A DNA stretch of 64,000 nt. Source: Ostreococcus lucimarinus (taxonomy: Eukaryota). The stretch lies in the NCBI GenBank assembly GCA_000092065.1, contig CP000595.1, one strand, 5' to 3'. The position numbers were made by a program, and so were the translations under genes. Positions within the stretch are counted from its first letter, which is position 1; each line of letters begins with the position of its first letter. The notes under the pieces are model-generated. The model worked only from the letters and a program-made list of their open reading frames with translations. It made no database searches and was not told where the DNA came from. Positions 63,216-64,000 of the stretch are shown here, in pieces.

Positions 63216-63971
63216 CTAAATCTCTAAATTCTTACCACCACCCATCGCGATCGGGTGGTCGTGCCAAGTGCGCGCGCCGCACTTGTCCACGACGTCGCGC
63301 GGCTCCGTCGCGACGCTCAAGCCTCGGGAGTCGGCGCCCTGCGGGAACGACCACGGGACGTCGGCGTGCCGCGCGGGATCGTACCGCACGACGTCGCGCA
63401 CGCCCGCGTTCCAATCGAGAACTTCGTAACATCGCGCTTCGGCGTCCAGAAGACACTCGGGAACGCCCTCGGCGCGTTCGCGAAGCGCGGGATTGAAGAC
63501 TATGGGAAGCCACGCGCGCTCCAACGTGTGGGCCCACTCCAAAGCGGCGAAGTACTCGAAATCGACCGCGCTCGTGAGTTTGCCGTCGCAAGCGACGAGT
63601 AAACTGAGCGCTTCGTAAAACTTTTGCGAGCGATGCTTCGCCATGTCGCGCGTCACGGCAAAAATCGCCGAAATGGGCCAATCGAGCCTCTCCCCGAGGT
63701 ACCGCGACGACACGCGCCAGCCCGGTCTTTCGGATGCGTTCCTATCGGGCGCATCCGCGAGTTCGCTCGCCGGATCCTCGACGTCTTTGACGACATCGAA
63801 GAACGTTCGCAGAAGCAGCGCGAAGGCGTTGGTGTACATGTAAGTACCCACTAAAGGCTCTCGCGCCACGCTGTACGCGATGAACGTGTCGCCGTCGAAG
63901 TCTGTCGGCGCTTTTCCGTCGCGAGCGACCGAAAACTCTTTCTCCATCTTCCGCGCGCGCGCGTCGACCAC
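63216..63971 (-). CDS. Hypothetical protein
   Basis: 251-aa non-repetitive ORF, no recognised domain. Start uncertain, and it may continue beyond the window end. Confidence 0.3.
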   Translation of the reverse strand: MVDARARKMEKEFSVARDGKAPTDFDGDTFIAYSVAREPLVGTYMYTNAFALLLRTFFDVVKDVEDPASELADAPDRNASERPGWRVSSRYLGERLDWPISAIFAVTRDMAKHRSQKFYEALSLLVACDGKLTSAVDFEYFAALEWAHTLERAWLPIVFNPALRERAEGVPECLLDAEARCYEVLDWNAGVRDVVRYDPARHADVPWSFPQGADSRGLSVATEPRDVVDKCGARTWHDHPIAMGGGKNLEI

Positions 63972-64000
63972 GCGCGTAACCGTCCCGTCTCGCTCTCCCG

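Overview
This is a very GC-rich (about 65%), gene-dense stretch of eukaryotic nuclear DNA, most likely from a green picoalga of the Mamiellophyceae (Micromonas/Ostreococcus-like). I recognised about 40 protein-coding genes by family; there are no CRISPR arrays and no rRNA or tRNA genes I can support. Most genes are single-exon, but the six-frame track fragments several that contain small spliceosomal introns with GTGCG/GTACG donors and CAG acceptors. I reconstructed these by hand for SPB1 (3 exons), LHC, RPL23, dephospho-CoA kinase and RPN5. Recognised genes include actin, alpha-amylase, a light-harvesting protein, two pyruvate kinases, 2-oxoglutarate dehydrogenase E1, ribosomal L23, AP sigma, DapB, an aspartic protease, DnaJ, phytoene desaturase, a Fused-type kinase, SPB1, an MRG protein, Psb28, violaxanthin de-epoxidase, zeaxanthin epoxidase, MCRS1-like, UTP25, an aminotransferase, RTRAF-like, GNAT, RPN5, NEDD8 and plastid S6. 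The most unusual feature is a ~1.1 kb low-GC island (about 2330-3480). It carries a DxD-type glycosyltransferase-like ORF fused in frame to a duplicated copy of the actin start codon and first 27 codons, and the whole ~830 bp actin promoter/5'UTR block is present twice in tandem. Other notable points follow. Two pyruvate kinase paralogs sit ~14 kb apart in inverted orientation and share an almost identical ~1 kb core that looks like gene conversion. Psb28, VDE and ZEP lie in a row, with VDE and ZEP head-to-head 238 bp apart. ZEP lacks a C-terminal FHA domain. An ankyrin gene has near-identical 99-bp tandem repeats. Several divergent gene pairs share ultra-short intergenic regions. The many long arginine/alanine-rich ORFs in the track are antisense or GC-composition artefacts. 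My letter-level coordinates may be off by 1 nt in places, but the frame arithmetic was checked against the ORF track.
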